From Longimicrobiales bacterium (GTDB lineage: Bacteria; Gemmatimonadota; Gemmatimonadetes; Longimicrobiales; Gaopeijiaceae): a DNA stretch of 64,000 nt. Shown here in pieces: positions 22,401 through 31,834 of the stretch. Position numbers and translations under genes: made by a program. Numbering within the stretch: the stretch's first letter is position 1; every line of letters begins with the position of its first letter. The stretch covers positions 576,001 to 640,000 of the forward strand of contig OZ241869.1 in the NCBI GenBank assembly GCA_965202805.1, read 5' to 3'. The notes beneath the pieces are model-generated. The model had not been told where the DNA came from, made no database searches, and was given only the letters and a program-made list of their open reading frames with translations.

Positions 22401-22820
22401 ATGTATGGCTTTCTTCTGTTCCTACTCGTACTGGATGGCCTGATCCTCGGGGTCGTCATCCTCCTCCAGGCAGGCAAGGGAGGCGGACTGGCGGCCATGG
22501 GCGGAGGGGCCAGCCCGACGGAAGGGATTCTCGCCGGCCGCCAGGCCGCTTCGGTGCTTACGCGCACCACCTGGACCACGGGCACCATCTTCATGCTGCT
22601 CGCGCTGGTCCTGTCCATCATGTCTTCGCGCGCCACGGCACCGAGTTCCATTCTGCGCGAGAGCCAGCAGCAGGTTGCACCCACTCCGGTCCTTCCCGGA
22701 CTCGAGGAATCCGCCCCCGCGGACGAGGCGGTCCCGGTCGAAGTGCCCGCCGCGGGCGAGACCCAGCCCCCACCCGACGCGCAGCCGGACGGGACACCGC
22801 CCCCGCCCAACGGACTCTGA
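22401..22820 (+). CDS. secG: Preprotein translocase subunit SecG
   Basis: Two TM segments, LLQAGKGGGLA, LTRTT; follows tpiA. Confidence 0.9.
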   Translation: MYGFLLFLLVLDGLILGVVILLQAGKGGGLAAMGGGASPTEGILAGRQAASVLTRTTWTTGTIFMLLALVLSIMSSRATAPSSILRESQQQVAPTPVLPGLEESAPADEAVPVEVPAAGETQPPPDAQPDGTPPPPNGL

Positions 22821-22843
22821 CCCGGGCCCGCTCGACGCTGACC

Positions 22844-23872
22844 GTGGCCGGGCGCGACGATGCTCTCGACCTCTATCGGGCGCTCGCTCTCCATCGGGCC
22901 GCCGCCACACGGCTGAAGAGCCTCCGCGACCGGGGCCGGGTTCCGGCGGCCACCCGCTGCGGACGGGGATACGAAGCCGTCTCGGCGGGCGCCGCACGCG
23001 CTTTGCGCACCGCGGAAGACGGTTCCGGCGACGTGATCGCGCCCTCATCCGACAATGCGGGCGCCTTTTTCGTTTTCGGCGGGACCCCGCTCGAGTTCTT
23101 CCGGCAGCATCTCGCGTGCGACTCGGCGCCGGGCCGCGGCCGGGAGCCTGCGATGTGTCCCACCGATTTCGAGCGCGGGCTGGTGGGTCCGGCCGCGCTC
23201 CCCGGGACCATGGTGGAGGTCATGGCGGGCATCACCCTGGCGTTTCGCCTGCGCGGCGAGAGCCGGGTCGGACTGGTCTTCTCGGGCGAAGACGAAACCT
23301 CCACCAGCGCGTGGCACGAGGGAATCAACTTCGCCGCCGCCCGGCGCTGTCCCCTGATCGTGGTCGTTCAGGCCGGAACCGGGACTTCGACCGGGGTGCA
23401 CACGCGCGCGCGCGCTTTCGTGCAGAAGGCGGTCGGGTACGGGGTCGCGAGCGCATCGGTGGACGGCGGCGACGTGAGGGCGGTCCAGCGGGCGGTTGAG
23501 GAGGCAGCCCGAAGGGCGCGTTCCGGACGGGGCGCCGCCCTGGTCGAGGCCCGGGGCTGTCCGGTCTCGCGCCGCGCCCTCCGCGCCGCCGGAGAAGACC
23601 GGGAGCGTCACCCGCACGAGGTCCCGCCCGACCCGGTAGCCCGGCTCCGGGCCCGGCTCATCGAGGAGCGCACCGCCCGACCCTCCGACCTCGACGAAGT
23701 GGCGCGCCGGGCGCGGGCCGAAGTCCGGTCGGCGTGCGAGCAGGCGCTGGGGGAGTCGCCCCCGCATGAAGAACACGCGCTCGGCGGCGTCTACGACGGC
23801 GATCCGGGCGCTCCCCCGTGGTATCGCCTCGAGCCCCCCGAGCGCGGGCTCGCGCTGACATCCACAACCTGA
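22844..23872 (+). CDS. 2-oxoacid dehydrogenase E1 alpha-like protein with degenerate catalytic motifs
   Basis: HEGINFAA, KAVGYG, VDGGDV and DP motifs plus position before E1-beta; the TPP motif reads GEDETS...QAG instead of GDG...NN. Confidence 0.8.
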   Translation: MAGRDDALDLYRALALHRAAATRLKSLRDRGRVPAATRCGRGYEAVSAGAARALRTAEDGSGDVIAPSSDNAGAFFVFGGTPLEFFRQHLACDSAPGRGREPAMCPTDFERGLVGPAALPGTMVEVMAGITLAFRLRGESRVGLVFSGEDETSTSAWHEGINFAAARRCPLIVVVQAGTGTSTGVHTRARAFVQKAVGYGVASASVDGGDVRAVQRAVEEAARRARSGRGAALVEARGCPVSRRALRAAGEDRERHPHEVPPDPVARLRARLIEERTARPSDLDEVARRARAEVRSACEQALGESPPHEEHALGGVYDGDPGAPPWYRLEPPERGLALTSTT

Positions 23873-23886
23873 CCGGGGCCGGGGCA

Positions 23887-24915
23887 ATGACCAGCAACTC
23901 CAGGCCGGAGCATCTCGGCAAGACCCTGCGCGGGGAGCCGGTGACGCTGCTCGAAGCCATCAGCGAAGCCCTCTTCGAGGAGATGGAGCGCGACTCCTCC
24001 GTCTTTCTCATGGGGGAGGACATCGGCGTCTACGGGGGCGCGTTCAAGGTGACGCGCGGCTTCCTCGACCATTTCGGCGCCGAACGGGTCATCGACACCC
24101 CGATCTCGGAGGCCGGCTTCACCGGGGCCGCCGCGGGAGCCGCCCACATGGGCCTTCGCCCGGTGGTGGAGATGCAGTTCATGGACTTCATCTCTCCCGC
24201 CTACGACGTCATCACCAATTACCTCGCCACCTCCCGCTACCGGGGCAGCGGCAGCGTGCCGGTGGTGGTGCGCGGCCCCGTCGGCGGCGGCAACCGGGGC
24301 GGCCCCTTCCACTCCCAGAACGTGGAGATGGCCTTCTTCCACACCCCCGGGCTCAAGATCGTCTATCCCGGCACCGCCTACGACGCCAAGGGCCTCATGA
24401 AGGCCGCCATCCGCGACGACGACCCGGTCATCTTCGAGGAGCACAAGAGCCTCTACCGGGCGCCGCATCTGCGGGAAGTGCTGCCGGCGGAGGACTACAC
24501 CGTGCCGCTGGGCAAGGCGCGGCGCGCGCGGGAGGGCGGTCACGCGACCATCGTCACCTATGGCGCGATGGTGCACACGAGCCTGGAGGCGGCCGCGGCG
24601 CTCGAGAAGGAAGACGGGGTGGCGGTCGAGGTCCTTGACCTGCGTACCCTGCTTCCCCTGGACGACGAAGCGATCGCCGAGAGCGTGAAGAAGACCGGGC
24701 GGCTGCTGATCGTCCACGAGGACACCCGCACCGGCGGCATCGCGGGCGAGATCGCCATGCGCGTCAACGAGCAGGCGTTCGAGTGGCTGGACGCGCCGAT
24801 TCTGCGCGTCACCGCGATCGATTCGCCGGTCCCCTACGCGGGCGGGCTCGAGGACTACTTCCTGCCCCGGGTGTCGGATATCATCACCACGTGCCGCTAT
24901 CTTGTAGAGTACTGA
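23887..24915 (+). CDS. 2-oxoacid dehydrogenase E1 beta subunit
   Basis: GEDIG, DTPISE, EMQFMDF, FHSQ, DLRTLLPLD. Confidence 0.95.
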   Translation: MTSNSRPEHLGKTLRGEPVTLLEAISEALFEEMERDSSVFLMGEDIGVYGGAFKVTRGFLDHFGAERVIDTPISEAGFTGAAAGAAHMGLRPVVEMQFMDFISPAYDVITNYLATSRYRGSGSVPVVVRGPVGGGNRGGPFHSQNVEMAFFHTPGLKIVYPGTAYDAKGLMKAAIRDDDPVIFEEHKSLYRAPHLREVLPAEDYTVPLGKARRAREGGHATIVTYGAMVHTSLEAAAALEKEDGVAVEVLDLRTLLPLDDEAIAESVKKTGRLLIVHEDTRTGGIAGEIAMRVNEQAFEWLDAPILRVTAIDSPVPYAGGLEDYFLPRVSDIITTCRYLVEY

Positions 24916-24999
24916 GGGTGTCCGGGGCATTGCCGATGGGATCCCGGGTTTTGCCGATGACGGGCGCCGAAGCCCGAACGCGCTGCCGCAAGCAACGGA

Positions 25000-26433
25000 G
25001 TGTCTGCCGTGTCCCGCATTGAAGTGCCGATGCCCCAGATGGGCGAGTCGATCGCCGAGGGGACGGTCTCTCGCTGGCTGAAGGCGGTGGGAGACCGCAT
25101 CGAGGTGGACGAGCCCATTCTGGAGATCTCGACCGACAAGGTCGACGCCGAGATTCCGTCTCCCACCGGCGGCGTGCTGGTGGAGATCACGGTCCCGGAG
25201 GGGGAGACGGTGGAGGTCGGCACCATCGTCGGCGTGATCGATTCGGCGGGTGGCGCGGCAAGCGACGGAGCCGCGGCCGGGGCGGCGTCGACCGAAGTGG
25301 CCGGCGAGCCCGCCGGAGAGCCCGCCAGCGCGGAAGCGGCTGACGCCGCCGCAACCGGCGGGCCCGCCGGAGCGCCGGACGGGGAGGCCCCCCCCGCGAC
25401 CGGCCCTTCCCCCGCGACCGCCGACCGCCCCGCCACCCCCGAGACCGGCGAGGAACGCCTCCGCCGCCGCTCGACCCCGGTGGTGCGCCGCATCGCCGCC
25501 GAGCACGGCGTCGACATCGCCCGGGTCGCCGGCACCGGCCACGCCGGGCGCGTCACCAAGCAGGACATCCTGAACTTCATCGAGGCGCGCAAGGCCCGGG
25601 CGGAGGCGGCGCCGGCCGCGACCGAGCCGGCCCCCGCGACCGCGCCGACCCCCTCGGCCCCCTCGGCCCCCGACGACCTGTGGGCGACCTTCTACGGCGA
25701 GGTGCGCAACCCCGAGTTCCGCGCCCGCTCCGCCGACCGCGTGGAACCGATGGACAAGATCCGCCGCCTCACCGCGGACCACATGGTGGTGGCGAAGCGG
25801 GTGGCGCCCCACGTGCACTCCTTCATCGAGGTGGACTTCACCCGCATCGACGAGCTGCGGCGGAAGAACCGCGAGGCGTGGAAGGCGCGCGGTGCGCGGG
25901 TCAGCTACACCGCCTTCATCGCATGGGCGTGCTCGCGGCTGCTGCGCGAGTACCCGATGGTCAACTCCGTCGTGTCCGGCCGGAGCGTCATCTACCGGGG
26001 CAACGTGAACCTGGGCATCGCGGTCGACCTCAACCCCGGCCTGATCGTTCCCGTCATCCACGACGCCGACGAGTTCAGCCTGGTGGGCATCGCCCGGCGC
26101 ATCGCCGACCTGGCCGCGCGCGCCCGGGCCCGCCGGCTCGACCCCGGGGACATCCAGGGGGCGACCTTCTCGCTCACCAATCCGGGGGTGCTGGGCACGG
26201 TGGTGGGCATGCCGATCATCCCCAGGGGGACCGCCGCCATCCTGGGGACGGGCGCCATCGAGAAGCGGGTCGTGGTGGTGACCGATCCGGCCAGCGGTCA
26301 CGACGCCATGGCGATCCGCAAGCGCGCGTTCTTCTCGCTCGGGTACGACCACCGCATCGTCGACGGGGCCGACGCGGCCCGCTTCATCGCCGACCTGCGG
26401 GCCACCCTGAACGAGTTCCCGGACAACGCGTAG
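25000..26433 (+). CDS. Dihydrolipoamide acyltransferase (E2)
   Basis: Lipoyl domain ISTDKVDAEIPS, E3-binding GTGHAGRVTK, catalytic DHRIVDG. Confidence 0.95.
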   Translation: MSAVSRIEVPMPQMGESIAEGTVSRWLKAVGDRIEVDEPILEISTDKVDAEIPSPTGGVLVEITVPEGETVEVGTIVGVIDSAGGAASDGAAAGAASTEVAGEPAGEPASAEAADAAATGGPAGAPDGEAPPATGPSPATADRPATPETGEERLRRRSTPVVRRIAAEHGVDIARVAGTGHAGRVTKQDILNFIEARKARAEAAPAATEPAPATAPTPSAPSAPDDLWATFYGEVRNPEFRARSADRVEPMDKIRRLTADHMVVAKRVAPHVHSFIEVDFTRIDELRRKNREAWKARGARVSYTAFIAWACSRLLREYPMVNSVVSGRSVIYRGNVNLGIAVDLNPGLIVPVIHDADEFSLVGIARRIADLAARARARRLDPGDIQGATFSLTNPGVLGTVVGMPIIPRGTAAILGTGAIEKRVVVVTDPASGHDAMAIRKRAFFSLGYDHRIVDGADAARFIADLRATLNEFPDNA

Positions 26434-26572
26434 GCCGCCCGCCCGCTCCGTGCCTCCGCCCGCCGCGTCCCCGGCCCGCCGGCATCCCGGCGCGACTCCT
26501 GCCGCCGCTCGCCCCCTCGCCCGTCCCGGCGGTCGCGCGGATGCATCGTCGGGTCGCCGGGACCGTTCCGCC

Positions 26573-27244
26573 GTGCCCTCGCCCCTCGAGGTCACCCGCC
26601 CGGGCCTGGTCGGATACGCGCGCGCCCTCGACCTGCAGGCCGACCTGGTGCGCCGCCGCGCCGCCGGCGAGATCCCCGACCAGCTCATCCTCCTCGAGCA
26701 CCCGCACGTGCTCACCATGGGGTCGAGCGCCCACCGCGACCACGTCCTGGCCAGCGACGCCCAGCTGCGCGCGCGCGGCATCGAACTCTTCGAGGCGGGC
26801 AGGGGAGGGGACGTGACCTATCACGGGCCGGGGCAGCTGGTCGGCTACCCGATCCTCCGGCTGGCGCCCGGGCGCCGCGACCTGCACCGCTACCTGAGGG
26901 ACCTGGAAGAGGTGCTCATCCGGACGCTGGCGGCGTTCGGCGTGGAAGCCGGGCGGGCCGACGGCCTCACCGGCGTCTGGACCGGGGGACGCAAGATCGC
27001 CGCCATCGGCATCCGGGTCTCCTCCGGCTGGGTCACCTCGCACGGGTTCGCCCTCAACGTCGACCCGGACCTCGACTACTTCGCGACCATCGTTCCCTGC
27101 GGCATCCCCGACCGCGAGGTCACCTCGCTCGCCGAGTGCACGGGCCGCCCCGTGCCCATGGCGGCGGTCGAGGACGCCGTCGTCTCCGCCTTCGCGGACG
27201 TCTTCTCGCTCCGCGCCGGCGGGGTCACGGCCGCCGGGCGGTAG
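26573..27244 (+). CDS. lipB: Lipoyl(octanoyl) transferase
   Basis: LEHPHVLTMG, RGGDVTYHGPGQLVGYP, HGFALN, IVPCG. Start uncertain; the ORF is open back to 26450. Confidence 0.95.
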   Translation: MPSPLEVTRPGLVGYARALDLQADLVRRRAAGEIPDQLILLEHPHVLTMGSSAHRDHVLASDAQLRARGIELFEAGRGGDVTYHGPGQLVGYPILRLAPGRRDLHRYLRDLEEVLIRTLAAFGVEAGRADGLTGVWTGGRKIAAIGIRVSSGWVTSHGFALNVDPDLDYFATIVPCGIPDREVTSLAECTGRPVPMAAVEDAVVSAFADVFSLRAGGVTAAGR

Positions 27245-27249
27245 GCCCC

Positions 27250-28263
27250 GTGGACTGGACCACCCCCGGATACTCGCGCGGGCGCATCAACCGCGCCGGC
27301 AAGGCGCTCGCCACCGCCGACAGGGACCGGGAATCCCCGGAGTACCGCGAGGACATGCGCGTGCTCAACAACTGGAGAGCCGCCCACGGCTTCCCGCTGA
27401 GCGACCTGCACGACCGGCTGCGCCCCATGGCGACCCGCATCGCGAGCGACGCCGTAGTCTCCCAGAGGCTCAAGACCACGCCCTCGACGCTCTCCAAGCT
27501 CCGCCGCTTCCCCCGCATGCAGCTCGCCCGGATGCAGGATCTGGGCGGGTGCCGGGCCGCGCTCCACACCATCGATCAGGTGCGGGAGCTGTGCGACGCC
27601 TACGTGGCTTCGGACTCGGAGCACCAGCTCCTCCGGAACTTCGACTACATCGGCCGCCCCAAGCCCTCCGGATACCGCGGGGTCCACCTCATCTACCGAT
27701 ACAGGAGCGACGACGCCTTCAACGGGCTGCTCATCGAGGTGCAGATCCGCTCCCGGCTGCAGCACGCCTGGGCAACCGCGGTGGAAACCGCCGGAGCCTT
27801 CCTCCAGTACGCGCTCAAGTTCAACGAGGGCGAGCAGGAATGGCTGCGGTTCTTCGCCCTGGCCAGCTCGGCGCTTGCGCTGAAGGAGGGATCTCCGCCC
27901 GTCCCGGACACACCCTCCAGCGAGTCGGCGCTGCATCGGGAGGTGCGGGAATACGCCTCACGACTGAACGTGGTCGCGCGCATGCGCGAGTACGGGCAGC
28001 TCATCCGCAACATGTCGACCTTCAAGCGCATCGGCGCCTGCTACTTCCTGCTCGAGCGCAGGCCGGTCGAAAAGACGACCCTCATCATCCCCTACGACAG
28101 GGACGAACTCGAGGACGCCACCGCGGACTACCTCCTGTTCGAGGAGGAGGGGCGCGACGCGGTGCTCGTTTCCACGGACTCGCTCGAGGACGTCAGGCGC
28201 GCCTATCCCAACTACTGGCTGGACGCACGCCTCTTCCTGAGGGAGATGGAGGGGATCCTGTGA
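27250..28263 (+). CDS. RelA/SpoT synthetase-domain protein (small-alarmone-synthetase-like)
   Basis: QRLK, MQDLGGCRA, DYIGRPKPSGYRGVHL, EVQIRSRLQHAWA; no HD, TGS or ACT domains. Confidence 0.88.
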   Translation: MDWTTPGYSRGRINRAGKALATADRDRESPEYREDMRVLNNWRAAHGFPLSDLHDRLRPMATRIASDAVVSQRLKTTPSTLSKLRRFPRMQLARMQDLGGCRAALHTIDQVRELCDAYVASDSEHQLLRNFDYIGRPKPSGYRGVHLIYRYRSDDAFNGLLIEVQIRSRLQHAWATAVETAGAFLQYALKFNEGEQEWLRFFALASSALALKEGSPPVPDTPSSESALHREVREYASRLNVVARMREYGQLIRNMSTFKRIGACYFLLERRPVEKTTLIIPYDRDELEDATADYLLFEEEGRDAVLVSTDSLEDVRRAYPNYWLDARLFLREMEGIL

Positions 28264-28360
28264 GGAAACATCCGGGGCTCGGCGTGGGCGCCGTCCGGCC
28301 ACCTTCGATCGGGTCCCGGCCGTCGGTGAAAATTCATCCGAAATTCGTCCCAACTACCCC

Positions 28361-28389
28361 TTGACACGGCCGAAACGGACCCTTATCAT
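28361..28389 (+). promoter_or_regulatory. Sigma70-type promoter
   Basis: TTGACA (28361-66), 17-nt spacer, TATCAT (28384-89). Confidence 0.8.
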
Positions 28390-28395
28390 GGTAGT

Positions 28396-28718
28396 CCGCT
28401 TCGAGCGCAGTTGGCTCACAGTCGATGGCGATGGTCATCCCTGGAGAGCAGTTCGGAGTGGAGGTTCGCTGGGCGGGACGCCGCGACAGCGGACGCGAGC
28501 CGGGACTTGAGCCCCGGTGAGCCGGTGGAGGGGTCGCTGTCCTCCACAAGTAGCCCCGAAAGCGAAGGGGCACCTGAGCCGCACGCTGCGCGGCGAGGGG
28601 AAAAAGGGACCAGAGCCGGTCGGCCGCACGCGGCCGGGTTCAAGCAACGGAGTTGGTGCCGGCAGCGAAAAGAGGGCCCCCCGGGATCGGCGTGACGACC
28701 CGGGGGGCCGCTTTGTTT
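28396..28718 (+). ncRNA. Putative structured non-coding RNA, family unassigned (some 6S-like motifs)
   Basis: Lies between a consensus promoter and an intrinsic terminator with no credible ORF; has long-range pairings and four local hairpins. Confidence 0.6.
28675..28718. terminator. Intrinsic terminator, probably bidirectional
   Basis: GGCCCCCCGGG...CCCGGGGGGCC stem followed by CTTTGTTT and preceded by AAAAGAG. Confidence 0.75.
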
Positions 28719-28787
28719 AACGCTCCCACGCGCGGACTCCCTCGGTCCGCTGGGCGGCGGCCCCTTCCAGTCCATCGGCGACCCCCT

Positions 28788-29345
28788 TCAGTCCGCCGGC
28801 GGCGCTCCCTCGAAGAAATCGAAGTAGCGTTCCTTCTTCTCGCGCTGCTCCTCCAGCCATTCCTCGAAGCCCGAGGGCACCGCGCCGCCGGAGTCCAGCT
28901 GCTCGGTGGCGGCCCGCACCGCGAGGGCGTGCACGTACTCGTTTCTGGGGTCCCCCGAGTGCCCGCGCACCCATTCCCAGGAGACTTCGTGGGATTCGGC
29001 CAGCCCGAGCGCCCGCTTCCAGAGCTCGACGTTCTCCACCGCGCCCCGCTTGCGCTTCCATCCGCGGGCGCGCCATCCGCGGACCCACTCGTTCATGCCG
29101 CGCACCAGGTACTGGCTGTCCGACACGAAGCGGATCGGGCTCGGCCGCCGGATCGCGCCAAGTCCCGCGATGGCGCTCATCAGCGCCATGCGGTTGTTGG
29201 TGGTGTCGGGCTCGGAGAGCCAGAAGTCCTTGCGAACCCAGACGTCGCCGCGCCAGAACTCGAGCAGTCCCGCGGCGCCCCCCGGCCGCTGCCGATCCTT
29301 GAACTGGTTTCCGAGGCAGGATTCGTCGGCGTGGATGTAGACCAT
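28788..29345 (-). CDS. rnhA: Ribonuclease HI
   Basis: ADESCLGN, TTNNRM, DSQY, WEWVRGHSG, NE. Confidence 0.9.
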   Translation of the reverse strand: MVYIHADESCLGNQFKDRQRPGGAAGLLEFWRGDVWVRKDFWLSEPDTTNNRMALMSAIAGLGAIRRPSPIRFVSDSQYLVRGMNEWVRGWRARGWKRKRGAVENVELWKRALGLAESHEVSWEWVRGHSGDPRNEYVHALAVRAATEQLDSGGAVPSGFEEWLEEQREKKERYFDFFEGAPPAD

Positions 29346-29460
29346 GCTGCAAACTAACGGAACCCGCCTTCCCCTTGGACGCCCGCCCGCTACTTCCTAG
29401 ATTCCTGCCGACGCTCCTCCGCCCGCGGCCCGCAGTCGCTCCTCCATCCTTCCGTCGCCC

Positions 29461-30582
29461 TTGATCCGGACCACCCAGCGCGCCGAAGCCTGCCTGCTCC
29501 TGGAAGATGGGCGGCGCTTCGACGGCTTCTTCCTGGGGAAGCGCGGCGAGACCCTCGGCGAAGTCGTGTTCAACACGGCGATGACCGGCTATCAGGAGAT
29601 CCTCACCGACCCGTCCTACACGGGGCAGCTGGTGACGATGACCTACCCGCTCATCGGCAACTACGGCGTAAACGATGCCGACCAGGAATCGGCGCGTCCC
29701 GCCGCGGCCGGGTTCGTGGTGCGCGAAGTTGCGCGCGCGCACAGCTCGTGGAGAGCCGACGCCGGGCTGGAGGACTACCTGATCCGCCACGGGGTGGTCG
29801 GCATCCAGTCGGTGGACACGCGCGCGGTGACCCGCCACATCCGCGCGGCGGGGGCCATGCGCGCGGCCATCGCCGACGCCCGCACCGACGAGAGGGCGCT
29901 GCTCGAGCGCGTCCGCGCCCATCCGCGCATGGAAGGACTCGACCTGGCCGGCGGGGTCTCGACCCCGGAGCGCTACGTGGTCGAGCCGGAGGGCCGGGCC
30001 CGCTTCCGGGTCTTCGCCTACGACCTGGGGGTGAAGGCAAACTCGCCGCGGCTCCTGTCCGAGCGCGGCTGCGAGGTGACCGTCGTCCCCGCCGACACGC
30101 CCGCGGAGGAGATCGCGCGCGAGCGGCCGGACGGGCTCTTCGTGTCGAACGGCCCGGGCGACCCCGCCGCGGTGGAGATGGCCATCGGGACCATCCGCCG
30201 CTGCGCGCAGGAGGGCGTGCCGGTGTTCGGCATCTGCCTCGGCCACCAGCTGATCGCGCGCGCCTTCGGAGCGGAGACCTTCAAGCTGCCCTTCGGGCAT
30301 CACGGCGCCAACCATCCGGTGCGCAATCTGGACCTGGGCACGGTCGAGATCACGTCGCAGAACCACGGCTTCGCCGTCCGGGGAGGACACGGGGACGAGA
30401 TCCCGGGAGCACCGGAGCTGCGCCTCACCCACGTCAACCTCTACGACGGCACCGTGGAGGGCATGGCCCACCGCTCCCTGCCGGTGTTCTGCGTGCAGTA
30501 CCATCCCGAGGCGGCGCCCGGCCCGCACGACAGCCGCTATCTGTTCGACGACTTCGTTTCGCTCATGGAGACGTCCGGCTAG
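29461..30582 (+). CDS. carA: Carbamoyl-phosphate synthase small subunit
   Basis: GEVVFNTAMTGYQE, SNGPGDP, GICLGHQ, QYHPEA. Confidence 0.97.
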   Translation: MIRTTQRAEACLLLEDGRRFDGFFLGKRGETLGEVVFNTAMTGYQEILTDPSYTGQLVTMTYPLIGNYGVNDADQESARPAAAGFVVREVARAHSSWRADAGLEDYLIRHGVVGIQSVDTRAVTRHIRAAGAMRAAIADARTDERALLERVRAHPRMEGLDLAGGVSTPERYVVEPEGRARFRVFAYDLGVKANSPRLLSERGCEVTVVPADTPAEEIARERPDGLFVSNGPGDPAAVEMAIGTIRRCAQEGVPVFGICLGHQLIARAFGAETFKLPFGHHGANHPVRNLDLGTVEITSQNHGFAVRGGHGDEIPGAPELRLTHVNLYDGTVEGMAHRSLPVFCVQYHPEAAPGPHDSRYLFDDFVSLMETSG

Positions 30583-30694
30583 ACGGACGGGGCGAGCGCC
30601 CCCTTGCACCAGTCGCGTTCAGGCTCATATTGCACCCCGGAACGGCAGGGGCGACCGGCGTAAACCGTATGCCGCATGCGGAAGCCGCCATGCC

Positions 30695-30723
30695 TTGACG
30701 CTCCTCCGGATTGCCCGTACCCT
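30695..30723 (+). promoter_or_regulatory. Possible sigma70 promoter for the HU-moa genes
   Basis: TTGACG, 17-nt spacer, TACCCT upstream of the HU ATG. Confidence 0.4.
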
Positions 30724-30769
30724 AAGCCCCGTGCTCGCGCATAGGTTCCTGATTCCCCACAGGTTTCGC

Positions 30770-31069
30770 ATGACCAAAGCGGATCTCGTCCAGCAGGTGG
30801 CGGACGCCATCGGACCCGGCATCACCAGGAAGGACTGTGCCCGCGTGGTGGACGGCTTTCTGAACGCCATCAAGCAGGCGGTGGCCGGCGGTGAGAACAT
30901 CGAGATCAGGGGCTTTGGCACCTTCAAGGTGCGGAGGCGCAAGGCACGCATGGCGCGCAATCCGCGCACCGGGGATCCGGTGCGGGTGCCGGCCCGCGCG
31001 GTCCCGGTCTTCAAGCCGTCCAGGCTGCTCCGCTCGCAGGTCGTTCGCCTGGACGACGATTCGGGCTGA
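30770..31069 (+). CDS. HU/IHF family DNA-binding protein
   Basis: MTKADLV, IEIRGFGTF, ARNPRTG, PVFKPS. Confidence 0.93.
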   Translation: MTKADLVQQVADAIGPGITRKDCARVVDGFLNAIKQAVAGGENIEIRGFGTFKVRRRKARMARNPRTGDPVRVPARAVPVFKPSRLLRSQVVRLDDDSG

Positions 31070-31085
31070 GCCCGGAGGCCGTCCC

Positions 31086-31331
31086 TTGCGGGTACAGGCG
31101 CGCTTCTTCGCCGCGTATCGCGAGTTGACCGGCGCCTCGCACACCGAGGTGGACCTCCCGAAGGGCGCCACGGTGGCCGATCTCGTCGACGCCCTGCGCG
31201 CGCGCGGCCCGTCCTTCAGCGCGCTCCCGCCCAAGCCCGCGGTCGCGGTCAACCTCGAATACGCCCCCGCCGACACCGCGCTCCGCGACGGAGACGAGGT
31301 GGCCTTCATCCCGCCTGTGGCCGGCGGATAG
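31086..31331 (+). CDS. moaD: Molybdopterin synthase sulfur carrier
   Basis: RFFAAYRE, AVN, DGDEVAFIPPVAGG with C-terminal GG. Confidence 0.9.
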   Translation: MRVQARFFAAYRELTGASHTEVDLPKGATVADLVDALRARGPSFSALPPKPAVAVNLEYAPADTALRDGDEVAFIPPVAGG

Positions 31332-31338
31332 GCGCGCG

Positions 31339-31806
31339 ATGCCCTACGCGGACGTCACCTCCGACCCGCTTGATCCCGCCCCGATGCTGGCGCGGGTCGG
31401 CTCGCCCGAGGACGGCGCCGTGCTCCTGTTCCTGGGCACGGTGCGCAATCACGCCGACGGACGTTCCGTGTCGGGGATGGAGTACGAGGGCTACCGGGAG
31501 ATGGCGCTCGAGGTGCTCGGCCGCATCGCCGAGGAGGCGAGCGAGCGCTTCTCGACCCCCAACCTGGCGGTCACGCATCGCCTGGGGGCGCTCGAGATCG
31601 GCGAGGTGAGCGTGGTGGTCGCGGTGTCGAGCCCGCACCGGGCGGAGGCCTACGGCGCCTCCCGCTACGTCATGGAAGAGATCAAGCGGCGGCTTCCGGT
31701 CTGGAAAAAGGAGTTTTACGTTGAGGGAGCCCCCGAGTGGGTGAGGGGTACGGTTCCCCCTGCCGACGGAAGCCCGGCCCCCGATTCCGGCGCCGGCGAC
31801 CCGTGA
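31339..31806 (+). CDS. moaE: Molybdopterin synthase catalytic subunit
   Basis: FLGTVR, YEGY, HRLG, SPHR, PVWKKE. Confidence 0.93.
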   Translation: MPYADVTSDPLDPAPMLARVGSPEDGAVLLFLGTVRNHADGRSVSGMEYEGYREMALEVLGRIAEEASERFSTPNLAVTHRLGALEIGEVSVVVAVSSPHRAEAYGASRYVMEEIKRRLPVWKKEFYVEGAPEWVRGTVPPADGSPAPDSGAGDP

Positions 31807-31834
31807 GCATCCGCCGCGCACCCAGGAGCGCCCG

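Noticed and set aside
28411..28775. Short ORFs over the putative RNA
   Set aside because: No convincing RBS or protein-like composition; they run through the terminator.
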